A stretch of DNA of 64,000 bases. It comes from Squalus acanthias. Its lineage: Eukaryota. Under the pieces are notes generated by a model that saw nothing but the letters and a program-made list of their open reading frames with translations, ran no database searches and had not been told where the DNA came from. The stretch covers positions 92,566,001-92,630,000 of the forward strand of contig CM059427.1 of the NCBI GenBank assembly GCA_030390025.1. The letters are read 5' to 3'. The translations under genes were made by a program, and so were the position numbers. Shown here piece by piece: positions 49,387 to 62,954 of the stretch. Position 1 is the stretch's first letter. The number at the start of each line of letters is the position of its first letter.

Positions 49387-52300
49387 TAATTTTAAATAAA
49401 TCTGTTGGACTATAACCTGGTGTTGTGCGACTTCTCATTTTTGTCCACCCCAGGCCAACGCCGGCATCTCCACATCATGACCTCTATCTGAGATAAGGCA
49501 GCAGAGAGGTGCCCTATTGGAGGCAGGAGGCAAATATTCTGCATACAGTCAAGCAATCTGGAAGGAAATGGCACTCTCAGTAAATGGGCCTACATGGCCC
49601 GCAGGACACCACTGCAATGTAGGAAAAGGTTCAATGATCTGACAAGGTGCCAAAGATAGGCGCTGTGGCAGTTATGTGACAATCTAACTTGTACCATAGA
49701 GTCACAGAGAAAAGAATGTACTGCATGTCATAATTATTCCTGTGCTACCCTATCGGGTGTCACAGTGAGCAAGGAATTCACAAATACAGTAACTGTCTCA
49801 TCTACATCCCTCCAGAATCATCTGTCCTCGATTGCCAGTCTTGTGGAATGTCACCTTCCGTGTCAAAGTTCTCACACCGCCGTTAATATTCACTCTCAAG
49901 AGCTGATAGATGACAGGAAAGAAATGATGCGGAGATGCCGGTGTTGGACTGGGGTGGACAAAAGTGAGAAGTCGCACAACACCAGGTTATAGTCCAACAG
50001 TTTTATTTGAAATCACAAGCTTTCGGAGCGGCTGCTCCTTCACCTGACGAAGGGTTGGACAGTGTTACAGAGCTTGAAAATTCTTCCCTCCCTGCAGTGG
50101 AAAATTGCTCATGATTCAAAGAAACATCATTCAACAGGCAGATGACCATTGGACATGAGGAGGAAGAGACAATGGAGATATCGAGCACCAACTCCTCTCC
50201 AGTCGTAGGGGATGGTAAACTAGGAGTCCCATCAGTCACAGGGAGTTTGTTCAGATTACCTCCACCTGCATCATCAGGTACTGACAGAAATGCCTGTTAG
50301 GAGCAGGCAGTCAATACGGGGACAGACTCTAGGGCAGAAATGATGGGATTTCGGAGTGGTGATGTCATCCTGTCCCAAACCCGTCGTTTACACGGTTGCA
50401 CTCGTTACAGGACCATTGCATCTTACTCCGCTCACCACCCTCGGTGGGAAACTTCATTCACACAAAATGGCTGGATCTCGGGTGGATCCAGAGTCCACCT
50501 CCTCCCCAATTCTGGCCCCTAGGCAATCAATTCGCCCCACTTCCATCTACCCTCAGTCTAACCACCAACCTAACATAATCTTCAATGGCTGATACGATGT
50601 GTTCAAACGGCTCAATGATCTTCAATTTGAAGATCAAGCACGAGCAGCAGCCAATGCTGAGAAGACCGAAAAGTAAACGATTAACTCAAATTAAATGAAC
50701 AGCAGGAGTATGCAGACAAGCAGCCTCCACTAGTAGTAATATGAGATTGATTTAAATACCCTGAAATGAGGAGAGGTTTATGTGGAGTTTGCACATTCTC
50801 CCCGTGTCTGCGTGGGTTTCCTCCGGGTGCTCCGGTTTCCTCCCACAGTCCAAAGATGTGCGGGTTAGGTTGATTTGGCTATGATAAATTGACCCTTAGT
50901 GTTAGGGGGGATTAAATACGTGGGGTTACGGGGATAGGGTGGGAGATGTGTCGGTGCAGGCTCGATGGGCCGAAATGGCCTCTATCTGCACTGTGGGGAT
51001 TCTGTGATTCAAAGATTCCAACTTCTGTAACATTATTCATCTTTACAGTCATGTGCAGTTCTGATGAACACTTTAAGTTGTTAATGGAAATATTATTACA
51101 GTTGTTTGCAGAAGTTGACAGCTGTTTATCTTCAGAACTTTCTCCTCTTGCTGAACTAATGCTTAGCTTCTCCCAAATCTTCCCCTCCCCCTCGTCCGCC
51201 CCCTTCCCCTCCCACACAAAACCTCGGGCCTCCACACAGCCTCATGTAACCGGGAAGGCAGGAAGCCCGAACATGGACTTCTCCACATCTGTCAACAATC
51301 CCCCAGTCCAAAATAAATCTCTGGATGTAGCACCTACGCATCTGGAGTTGAATGGCCTCTGTTGCCAGGAGCCTGCTGCAGCTACAGAGAAACTTTGGTA
51401 TTTGATGTGATTTCTCTCAATGGTTTCTTTTCAGAAACTTACCCAGAGTCAGAAAGTGTACAATCTGAGCTGAAGTGTGGTCATGACGTTAAGGTCACAC
51501 AAATTAATGACCAAACGTCACTGTGTCAGCAGCACTGAAATGACCAAGGCACCTGGGATTTAAAACCACTAGCACAGGGATACTATTGATGGTGAAGCTG
51601 TGTGTATATCAGGGGTTTACCACTGATTGCATTGGCATGAGGTGATTTGTGTAGAGAGCGGTGTTAATTCAGCAAACTCAATCTCGCCAATGATTTTAAT
51701 GTGGGCGGAGCTACGATAATTAACTGTTCAACTTTCTCAGCGAGGGTCTCTGAAGCAGATCAAAAACCCCAGCAAATTATGGTGTGGTGTAAGGAATAGC
51801 ATAAGTCACTCACGCTATAATCGCCAGGAATTCCTACACCATATTGGACCAAATCTTGCTGGAACGGGGCATCTCGCGGTGTGGGCCGTTAGTTAGACTT
51901 TATCCTGAACCCTTCAGCTCAAATATAATTTGCGCCGTAACTTGCCGGAAGTGCGAGCTGATAAAGGCGCGGTGAGGACAGCGGGGCATCTGGGACTGTA
52001 GTGAACGACGGGACCAACAGTCCATCTCCATAACCAATGTGATTAAAGGATTAAGAAAGAAACAGAGGAACAGCAGAGGAGGAAATAGGGTGAATTAGAG
52101 TCAAATCAGGAACAGAATGAGAAATAAAGAAAGGGAATTAAAGATTGGGTTAAGAGAGAAAGAAAAAAGAGACAGAAAGGAAAAGTAAGAAAAAATGTAA
52201 AAATTTTAAAATTGACATTTTAAAAATTGCAAACAATTGCCTTCATGCAGGAATGAGACTCCACATTTAAATAGTTGCTTTTCTGGGCCAGAGAGGTTGA

Positions 52301-52916
52301 TTGGCATTGCATAACAATTATCGCATCATTAAAAAGGTTACGCAGTTAATTATGAGCCCTAAATTTCTGCGGGGACCTCAATCGGCAATTAATGTGCAAA
52401 TCCAACAAGTTCTTAAAAATAACGGGGAGGCTAAGGGTGAGATGCCACTTGTGCGAAGCAAATGGCGGAGCGACATAAATAAACCAAAAAGTTCTGGAGA
52501 TTCGCAAATCACGGCATATCTCTTAATCCTCTGAACTTGCTGGCCAATTCGTGTATCAATAACGTGTCTTGAACTTGCCATTATTTTTGCAACAAGATTT
52601 GGCCCAATAATGTATGCCATAGATAGGCCTTTACTAAGGTACAAGATATCAGTAAGTTCAGACCCGTAAACTGCAGTGGACTGAGTGTGACTTTGTACAG
52701 ATTACAGATGATCATTTCCTCTCCTCTGTTAGTTCATTATTTCATATTCTGAGGAACAATATCTGATTTCACACTTTTGCCACCAAATCTAAACACGATG
52801 ACGATATTTGGAGGAAGCTCTGCCCATATTACAGCCCACTTGTCAGCAGATTTCCGTCCCCAGGATCACCAAACTGAGCAAATATGAGTCAGTGTTTGAA
52901 TGTGGTGGAGGTGCAG

Positions 52917-52924
52917 TATATAAA
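52917..52924 (+). promoter_or_regulatory. TATA box, copy E
   Basis: Same context as copy B. Confidence 0.7.
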
Positions 52925-53013
52925 GACTGAACGCTGCAAGGGAAAGGCAGAGCAAGAGAGAGAAGCAGCTCCTTTACTCTTAGAAACCAGACAGCTGATC
53001 AACAAGAGGCAGA

Positions 53014-56000
53014 ATGAAATCCTTTCTCCTCACCATTGCTGCAGTGCAGATCCTCCACTGCTCAGGTACGTACTGGAGAGAGCCGCACCTCATAAAGCAA
53101 CCAGTTATTGGGAATGAGCTTCAGTCAGCGATACTTTACCAATGTTTAGAAAGAATTCACTGAAGAATGCTGGAGTGTTTTGCACAACTTTCCTTTTCTC
53201 TCTGCAGGAGTCCCAAGCCCTAAGGATGCTCTGAGAGTGTCAGTTCTAAAGCTGAACGAAATCACCGAGACCACCAATCTCTGTGGTATAACCAGGAGAA
53301 GAGTGAAGGATGTAAGTGTGTCCGGGTCTAAGTGTGTTTCACTGTCTAAAGTCTACAAGAATATTACTGAGTGCAGTTAGACACTGATTATTAAATATGA
53401 GCAGAATATTATATTACAGTTATCTTTTGCCTTGTACAATCATCTATTTTGTCATTTAATCTCTCCTGCTTTCCACCCTATCTCAGACCTTCCATTTTGT
53501 TCTTTCCTCCTATCTCTCCTTTCCCTGCTCTGAACTTGTTTAGAACCTCTTACATCTGTAACATTTTCCAGTTCAGATGAAAGGACATCGACCTGAAACG
53601 TTAACTCTGTTTCTCTCTCCACAAATGCAGACTGACCTGCTGAGTATTTCCAGTATTTTCTGCTTTATTTCAAATTTCCAGCATCCGCAGTATTTTGCTT
53701 TTGTATTATATTGGGCTAGAAATTGTGTCGGAGGCATACCTCCAGAGTATGCCTCCGACCCGCGAAAGAATTATGAAACTACCTGCTGGCGGCGAGGCTG
53801 CCAAAACTTGCGGTCTCAGGCCTCAAGGCAGAGGGCAGCATAATGGCCCATGGATGCCAGGGATGTAGGAGGTGCGGAAGCATACCCGGGATCACGTGGG
53901 CCTGGTCCTCCAATCACAAGGGAGAATTGCATTTTAATCATTTACGAAGGGAATCAATGAATGAGAGGCAATGGAATCCAGAAATCTAATAATTATACAA
54001 TTTACAGAATTGGAATTTAATTCATAATTCCACCAACCTCACTAAAAATGCAATTTTTTGATAATAATTTTATACATCATTAAAACTGTAATCCGGGCCA
54101 ATATTTGCATAAACTCATTTTATACAGTGTATGTGCATAATTTACTAAATGAAAATGATTAATTAATGGCAAAGATATTCCCTTACGCTGATGCAAACAG
54201 GCCCTGCATCTGCTTGCATGAACTGTAAGACTTCTGTGTGCAATTGCTGGCCAGTTGGTGGGCAAAAAGCCCAACTCTGTGCCAGTGATTGCTTTCTTGT
54301 GGCCTGCGCAGAAGACCCGTCAACACGTACGATGATAGGCTGCAAGTTTCGGATTTTGCGCATGGTTAAAGGGGCCATTTTGTGTTTGGACATGTTAAAT
54401 CTTCTGTCCCTGTTGGTTGATGATTCTGACTGTCCCAGTGGAGGCATCTTTTGAAAATAAAGAGCTGTGTTGTTCTGAGCTTTATCTGACCAGAGTAAGA
54501 ACATTAGATACAGTAACACACTAATGACCTGTTTCCCTTTCATTAGATTCATCGCACAGACAAATTGTCGTACAACGTGGATTTAACATTCTCGGTGAAA
54601 GAAACCGTCTGCTCCAAGAATACTGGACTGGAATTTGATGATCCCAGCTGTCACTTCCGCCCCAAAAAGACCGCTGTGAGTCCTGAGTTATATTGTAGCA
54701 TCGAAACCCCCATGTGTACTGAGTTATATCATAGAAAGGGCCGTGTGTACTGAGTTATATTATAGAAAGGGCCGTGAGTACTGAGTTATATCATAGAAAG
54801 GACCGTGTGTACTGAGTTATATCATAGAAAGGACCGTGTCTACTGAGTTATATCATAGAAAGGGCCGTGTGTACTGAGTTATATCATAGAAAGGACCGTG
54901 AGTACTGAGTTATATCATAGAAAGGGCCGTGAGTAATGAGTTATATCATAGAAAAAGCCGTGAGTACTGAGTTATATCATAGAAAGGGCCGTGTGTACTG
55001 AGTTATATCATAGAAAGGGCCGTGTGTATTGAGTTATATCACAGAAAGGGCCGTGTCTACTGAGTTATAACATAGAAAGGGCCGTGAGTACTGAGTTATA
55101 TCATAGTAAGGGTCCTGAATAGTGAATTATATCATAGTAAGGGCCCTGAATAGTGAGGTATATCATATAAAGGGCCATGAGTACTGAGTTATATCATAGA
55201 AAGGGCCGTGAATACTGAGTTATATCATAGAAAGGGCCGTGAGTACTGAGTTATATCATAGAAAGGAGCGTGTGTACTGAGTTATATCATAGAAAGGGCT
55301 GTGTGTACTCAGTTATATCATAGAAAGGGCCGTGAGTACTGAGTTATATCATAGAAAGGAGCGTGTGTACTGAGTTATATCATAGAAAGGGCTGTGTGTA
55401 CTCAGTTATATCATAGAAAGGGCCGTGAGTACTGAGTTATATCATAGAAAGGGCCGTGTGTACTGAGTTATATCATAGAAAGGGCCGTGAGTAACGAGTT
55501 ATATCGTAGTAACTTTCTGTGTCAGTGCTGAGCTTACATTCATCAAGAGTTTTAATGAAATGTGTTTTATTTTGACAGGGAAACGGTTTTTGCAAAAGCC
55601 GTGTTGAATATTTTGCTGAGGAGGTTGTTGACATCGTTGTGGAGTGTCGAGGTTTGAAGACTGTTGACAGCAACAGTGAATCATTAGAGTCAAGTGAAGA
55701 CAGTATTGAGGTAACCTCATAATTATTCAAACCGGGACAATGGGGTTCCTGGACTTTGGGTCAGGATTTTCTCCCCTGTCGCAGTTTTTTTTTCCTATCT
55801 TCACTCTCTTTCCTTGGACAACAGTGTGAAGCAGTGAAAGAAAGATTGCATTGATATTTTTCACAACCTCACTGTTGTAATTCTATTGGAAGAGCGGGAT
55901 GTGACCAGGGTTGTGTAGAGAGCCCAATGAAGAGCTCTTCAATTGTGTAAGGAACACACAGGTATGAGTAAAGAGAATGGGCATCAGGGCAAAAATTCTC

Positions 56001-59000
56001 AAGTGGCTAAAGTTATTCCTGGCACAAAGGAAGATGGTCGTGGTTGTTGGTGGCTCATCATCTTTGCCCGAGGACATCATTGCATGAGTTCTCAGGGCAA
56101 TGGTCTATGGCCAATCATCTTCAGCTGCTTCATCAATGACCTACCCTTCATCATAAGGCCAGAAGTGGGTCTGTTCCCCTGTTCGTCTCCATTCATAATC
56201 GAAGCTTAGCATGCCTGCATGCAGCAAGACCTGGACGATATTCAGGATTGATTGGCTAAGTGGCAAGGAACATTCGCATGACAGAAGTGCGAGGCAATGA
56301 CCATCTCAGACAAGATAGAGCCTAAGGGCTCTTCAGCATTGACAACCTTTCGACCCATCATTGATTGACATACTCACCAAATTGAAAGACGATCAGAGCA
56401 GCACCCGTTTGATTTCAGTAGCAAAGAGTTCCCAACTAATATATCCAAATATTAAACTTTTATCATAGAAAGTAATCACTGCTCACTCTGTGGGGGTTAA
56501 GGCAATAAAGTCCACTTTATTACTTTATTACTTTAACCGTTGGCTCGACACCCCACTGTACCAGGGCAGGATTGATTGATTGCTGCATTTTAGATTATCC
56601 CAGTGTTCGGTGAGGACTTTATCACCTCAACACTGAACTATTAAATCTCAACTGTGAAACCAATGAGTTAATCTTTCCCTGGATTACTATCTAATACTTT
56701 TGATATCATTAATGTGAAGATGATTTTAAAACTGGATTTACAAAATGCCTAAATATCTAAATATGAATATTTTACTCCAGGTGGAAAAGAAGTCAAAAGA
56801 AGCATCACTTGAGGAGACTTCAAATGTAAGTATAAACAGGGACTTTGTGTCAGATGATTGTCTTCCTGGTCATGGTGCTCAACAACAATAAACTGTTGAA
56901 ACGGAGTCAGAATGGAGTCTGAGGCAGCAATGTGCTTTTATTCAATGCAATGTCCACCAAGAGGCAGTGAGGGAAGGGACACTGATGCTCAATTCCTATT
57001 GGATGTTCTCCAACCCATGACAAAGGATTATTGAACTGATGAAAGTAGAGAGGATGAGTTTGTTTTCACTGAAGATAAAGTGAGCTGAATTCTCACAGCG
57101 TTAGGATAGGTACTCTACTCCTGACCTCATTACAGCCTTGGTCCAAACATGGACAAAGGAGCTGAATTCCAGAGGTGAGGTGAGAGTGACTGCCCTTGAC
57201 ATCAAGGCAGCATTTGACCGAGTGTGGCATCAAGGAGCCCTAGTAAAACTGAAGTCCATGGGAATCAGGGAGAAAACGCTCTACTGGCTGGAGTCATACC
57301 TAGCACAAAGGAAGATGGTTGTGGTGATTAAAGGTCAATCATCACAGCCCCAGGACATCGCTGCAGGAGTTCTTCAGGGCAGTGTCCTAGGCCCAACCAT
57401 CTTCAGCTGCTTCATCAATGACCTTCCCGCCAACATAAGGTCAGAAATGAGGATGTTCGCTGATGACTGCACAATGTTCAGTGCCATTCGCAAATCCTCA
57501 TATAATGAAGCAGTCCATGCCCGCATGCAACAAGACCTGGACGACGTTCAGGCTTGGGCTGATAAGTGGCAGGTAACATTCTCGCCACAGAAGTGCCAGG
57601 CAATGACTATCTCCAACAAGCGAGAGTCTATCCACCTCCCCATGACATTCAACGACATTACCATGGCTGAATCCCCCACCATCAACATCCTGGGGGTCAC
57701 CATTGACCAGAAACATAACTGGACCAGCCACATAAATACTGTGGCAAAAAAGAGCGGGTCAGAGGCTGGGTATTCTGTGGCGAGTGTCTCACCTCCTGAC
57801 TCCCCAAAGCCTTTCCACCATCTACAAGGCACAAGTCAGGAGTGTGATGGAATACTCTCCACTTGCCTGGATGAGTGCAGCTGCAACAACACTCAAGAAG
57901 CTCCACACCATCCAGGACAAAGCAGCTCACTTGATTGGCACCCCATCCACCTCCCTAAACATTCACTCCATCCACCACTGGTGTACCGTGGCTGCAGTGT
58001 GTACCATCTACAAGATGCACTGCAGCAACTCGCCAAGGCTTCTTCGGCAGCACCTCCCAAACCTGCGACCTCTTCCACCTAGAAGGACAAGGGCAGCAGG
58101 CGCTTGGGAACGCCACCACCTCCAAGTTCCCCTCCAAGTCACACACCATCCTGACTTAGAAGTATATCGCCGATCCTTCATCGTCACTGGGTCAAAATCC
58201 TGGAACTCCTTACCTAACAGTACTGTGGGAGTACCTTCACCATATGGACTACAGCGGTTGAAGAATGCGGCTCACCACCACCTTCTCAAGGGCAACTAGA
58301 GATGGGCAATAAATGCTGGCCTTGCCAGCGACGCCTACATCCCAGGAACGAATAAAAAAAAAGTGATGACATCATGAGGGCAGTGTCTGTTACATTCTCA
58401 CCATTTAATAAATAATTATTAGATTTTTGCACGGGCCGGAGAATAAACACAATAGAAACCAATTGATGAATAATCTCAGCCTTCATTAGTTTAACCATTG
58501 ACCCCAATGCCCCACTGTACCAGGGCTGTATTGATTATTGCTGCACTGCAGGACATGAAATGTTTGTTTAGGAATTTGCCACTCCCTGAACTCTGAAATG
58601 TCCAGAGTTAACACTTCCTCATTTGTCATTTAATAATTTTGTTTAATTCTTTTATTATTTAAAAAATGTATCATTGATCCACTGTGCTAAACATATCAAT
58701 ATGAATATTTTAATTCAGGTGAAAAACAAGTCAAAAGAATCGTCACTCGAGGAGCCTCCAAATGTAAGTATAATCTGGGACTTTTACTCAGATGATTATC
58801 AACTACAATAAACTGTTGAAACCTGGATTCAGCTGTGTCAGAATCGAGTCTGAGGCAGCTCTGTGTTTTTATTCAATTAAATGAATGCCTGGAGCCTAGA
58901 AATTTAACGAGTTCACAATTTCTCATTTATGGTTTAATAATCAGTGAAATCTATGTTTTGAAGATAATTCTAAAACTCAATATTATTTACACAATGTCTC

Positions 59001-59257
59001 ATTAATCCCCTGTACTAAACAGATAAATGTTAATATTTTAATACAGATGAAAAGCAAGTCAAAAGAATTATCGCTCGAAGAGTCTTCAAATGTAAGTATA
59101 AACTGGGACTTTGTGTCAGATAATTGTCTTCTTGATCATGATTATCAACAACAATAAAACACTGAACTCAGATTGAACTCAGTCCATCTGAAAATGACAA
59201 TTCTGTTGATTCCGTTCACTACAGGAACACAATGATGATTCAAGAGCCCGACACTAA
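53014..59257 (+). CDS. spp2-like: SPP2-like secreted phosphoprotein, copy E (194 aa, last copy of the array)
   Basis: Exons 53014-53065, 53208-53311, 54547-54675, 55579-55710, 56781-56825, 58719-58763, 59047-59091, 59225-59257. Open frame; exon 3 starts IHRTDKLS instead of IYRTGKLS. Confidence 0.88.
54718..55505. repeat. 31-bp minisatellite, copy E (~25 units, more diverged variants)
   Basis: Same unit, with degenerate units around 55100-55180. Confidence 0.95.
57112..58362 (+). mobile_element. Same intron-5 LINE, copy E
   Basis: ORFs 57138-58082 and 57784-58299; frameshift in an A-run near 57747. Confidence 0.9.
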
Positions 59258-59649
59258 CCATGAATGAAACTTCTGAAAGGCCGAGCTTGGTGTGAACACA
59301 AGAAGACCTCATTCAGATTAAAGAAGATGTGATCAATTGCACTTTAATTGTTCATATATAAGGGGGGACCTGGGATTCCTGACTGTACATTTTACTGTAA
59401 CTGGGAGATTCGATAGTTTGTAAATGTTCTGTCCTTTGCTGTGTATTGTTGTCTTGTATTCTGTGGATTAAATTAAAAATATAAAGAGAATATTTCCTGA
59501 TGTTCTTCCAAATGCTGTTAATCACTTCACTGATCAGATGGGAGTTCAGACAGACACAGCGCTCAAACCAGCCTGTCATACACTTGTGACAAGTTCCCTC
59601 AGTCTACTGGTAGCTGCTGGTGAACTGGGGCTTTTGCTGCTGAAACTGA

Positions 59650-61227
59650 GGCCGTGAGTTTCTCAGTGGTGTCGGGATGGGTGCGGGTCAGCTGGTTTCC
59701 GGGTTCCAGTCCTGCCCCCAGCTGCCTCCGCTCTGCAGACGTGATTTTCCCTTGATTGGCCTTTTTAAGCCCGCCCTGCGGGCTTACTGGCCAATTAACA
59801 GGAAGCGGGTCTGATGATGTAATTTGATGACGCGTCATCTGCCGGTTTCCTTAAAAGGACCATGCACAATTTTATTTTGACAGTTGAGTTTTCAGTATTT
59901 GATAGCTTTGAGGTGCTGAAAACACTGACAATCACTGCACAAAGGTGAACTCTTTGCACCCAGGCTCTCCAATGACTCCCTCCATATGTTTATGGAGGGA
60001 GTCACAGTACACAGGGAGGTTCTCTTCTCTTCCAAGGGTGGAAGAGACCTCTCCAGGACATCAACTTACCTTGCACCTCCACCCAACCCTCTCTATCTAC
60101 TTTATCACTTCCCCATCTCACTAGCCACCCCTCACACTCACCCTCATTCTACTGCAAGCATGCCAACTTACAACACACAAGGGTGGGCACTTGAGAGGTT
60201 TAGCCAATGTCCATGCAAAGTTTCTGGTAATGTGTTGTCATACAGTGAAATCTCTTTTTCAAAAAGTGCCCTTTATTGGACAGATCTGAGTGCACATTGA
60301 AAAGTGTCTTACTGAGTTCCAGTGATTGTTCAGTCATAACTCCCCCCCCCCCCCCCCACACCACCCCGCCCTGCTATAGTGATGTGTGTGCATGGAATGG
60401 GATTAAAGGGATGCTTCACGGTGCTGGTGTGGGATGGTGTCAACCTGGCACATCATGTGGCAGCCAGGGTTTACAGCATCAAGTGAAGAAAGTCTGGCCA
60501 TGGTGATGCCATCGCTGGCCTCCTGGCCAGCAATTTTGTCAGGGGCTGATGCCCTGTGTCCAGTGCAGCATCAGGTGATAGCGGCGAATGTTGGTGATGA
60601 GGTTGGTGATGTTGGTGTTAGGGATGATTGTGGAAGGATTCGGAGGACCAAGGTCTGATTGTTTCATTGGCTCCGATGTTGCTGGAATAGATGGCAGCTG
60701 CAGGTGAGATGACAGAAGCGATCTGTCACTGGTGAGAGAGGTTCTCCCAATGAGGTGGCATTGGACATACAGTTGGATTTTAAAACTTGTAAGCTAAAGA
60801 AATCTGTATATGTATTAAAAATGCAGTAACCAACAATTTCTTTGCTCTGAAACTCACCATGTGCAATATGGCATCCTTGACACCACTTCTGCAGCTGTCA
60901 TCTTTTCACAAACATCAGAACAGACTCACAACACACCAGGTTGAGCTGGTGTGTTCCCCGAACAGCGGGTAACCAGTGGGGGAGAAGGTAAAATTACAAT
61001 TAAGCCTCAAATGACTCTTAAATTGGCTCTTAACAAGCCATTAAAGTACCAGAATTGTCTCCCCTGCCGCTTGGTGTCGGGTCAGTTCTGCGCTGACACA
61101 CCCGACACCTGGGTGACTCGCGTGGAGGCGGGTTGACAGCGGGTTTCCTACCCACTGTCAATCTTTGCGATTTTGACAGCGGTCCCGCCTCCAAACCCAC
61201 ACTCTGAGCACTGGCAAAATTCCGGCC
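59650..61227. mobile_element. Degenerate PIF/Harbinger-derived element at the 3' edge of the array
   Basis: Termini GGCCGTGAGTTT ... AAAATTCCGGCC and a 3-bp TSD TGA, confirmed by the empty site GAAACTGAGTGTGGC in copies A-D. Myb-like remnant APRLSNDSLHMFMEGVTVHREVLFSS near 59957-60030. Confidence 0.78.
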
Positions 61228-61345
61228 TGAGTGTGGCAAGGTGAACAAATGGCAGTGTATCAATGTCTTTTCTTCACCAAAGTGCAGCTTTCAAACCCTG
61301 GGCGACCTAGTACTCAATTGGTTAGCACTTGACAAAGCGGTGTGT

Positions 61346-61586
61346 TCACAGAATCACAGAATCCCCACAGTGCAGATAGAGGCCATTTCGGCCCATCGAG
61401 CCTGCACCGACACATGTCCCACCCTATCCCTGTAACCCCACGTATTTAATCCCCCTAACACTAAGGGTCAATTTATCATAGCCAAATCAACCTAACCCGC
61501 ACATCTTTGGACTGTGGAGGAAACCGGAGCACCCGGAGGAAACCCACGCAGACACGGGGAGAATGTGCAAACTCCACACAGACAGT
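61346..61586 (-). mobile_element. 5'-truncated V-SINE
   Basis: Reverse complement of the element at 10670-10899, with a (GATTCTGT)n tail. Confidence 0.88.
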
Positions 61587-62241
61587 GTTAAAGTGGAGCC
61601 ATGGTCTTTGGGCAGAAGAGAACAATGAATATTCTTGGAAGTTTCCTCAGTCTCCTAGTAGCTGCTGGTGAACTGGGGCTTTAGCTGATTAGAACCTGGT
61701 ATGTAGATGTGGACAAGTGTAAGTGTATCGAGACTGGTTATTTTACTAATACAGAGGCTTCAGCTACTGTATCTACTCAGTGCCCAAGTCTGCCCCAAAT
61801 CACTTGGTGCTTTTGAGGGTGGAGTCCTGTCACTTGGCTGGAAGTGAATAATGAACAATGTCTTGTTGAGAGCAGGTCTCTGGAATAGAGCCACCTGGTG
61901 GACAACTGATATATATATATAATAATAAAGCTATATGCAGTACAGTTCTTACTGGAAGCCATGTTGTGCTGTTGTATATATATGCTGTGTCTCAAGATAT
62001 CACAGTCTCCTGATATTGGAAATTTTCATGAAATCTCATTGATTAAAGGAAGGCATTGTGGGGAAGGAATAGGAAACAATTGGGAAAAGAATATATTAAA
62101 ATATCTGGTTATTGCTGGTCTCCAGTGACTACATTGCCGAGAGTCAATATGGCCATTACTGGAAGGTTCACAGAGCAGCAGTGGCCATGTATCTGATAAA
62201 GTCCAGAATTATCTTTCACCTGCTCCTTTGTTGGAGGTCCC

Positions 62242-62954
62242 AGGCTGGATTTTCCTCTGCAATCCCAGTAAAAAGTGGGCAGGGTAGCAGTGGAAAAGAG
62301 GGAAATGTCTATCACCTGCTGCGACCCCCGCCAGTCACCCTTTTCCCACCCACCACATGTAAATGCCAGTGAGGGAGCAAAGCCCGACTGCCAAGTGGAT
62401 TTTTCGGTCGTCTACCCCTCTTACCCCCATTCCCCAGGGCCAGCTGGTGAAAGGTGGCGGTAACCTCGGGTAGAAGTTGTTAGGCCCTAAATTTCATAGA
62501 TGCAGAGAGAGGACCAAGTCGAGTCCTCCTCTCCCTCCAATTCAGTCCCCATACATTTACCTGTGTAGGCCTCAGCCTCAGCCTCATTCTCCTCTCCAGC
62601 ACTGGTGATGGTGATTGAATTCTCCTCTTGAGGCAGAGTCTGGGTGGCGATTTCTAAGATCCAGGCCGACAAAGGAAATGTTTGGGGTCCAGATTCGAGG
62701 GAGAGGTGGTGTTACAGCCTTTCACTGATGGGAAGAGGGATTGACAGGAAGCCAGGTCCCACCCCTCCCTCACCGCCAGCATTACGTCTGGTGGGTGGGG
62801 GAGGGGTGGCCATCGGGTGATCCCGGTAGGAGCTGGGGGAGAATGAGCTTGGGGCGGGGGAGACAGCACTCGGTCTTTCCGCCCAATTGTGCCTGTTTTC
62901 TGCTGCTATCCTGTTATATTTTTGGGTGGGACCGTGGAAGGAAAAATTGAGTCC
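62242..62954. mobile_element. Possible decayed non-autonomous TIR element
   Basis: GGCTGGATTTTCC ... GGAAAAATTGAGTCC weak inverted termini around a GC-rich interior. Confidence 0.3.

Larger units (their letters stand above)
45467..49484. mobile_element. Penelope-like retroelement inserted as a head-to-head inverted pair of 5'-truncated copies
   Basis: Left arm on the minus strand (45467-~47775), right arm on the plus strand (~47775-49480), flanked by the duplication TATCTGAGATAA (45455-45466 / 49485-49496). Other units have the empty site. Confidence 0.95.
1..59650 (+). repeat. Tandem segmental duplication array, ~11.45 kb unit, five copies (first is partial)
   Basis: The same ORFs recur at a constant offset of 11,449 (5118/16567/28016; 12773/24222) and ~11,500 (35721). 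Longer offsets are explained by copy-specific insertions. Confidence 0.97.
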
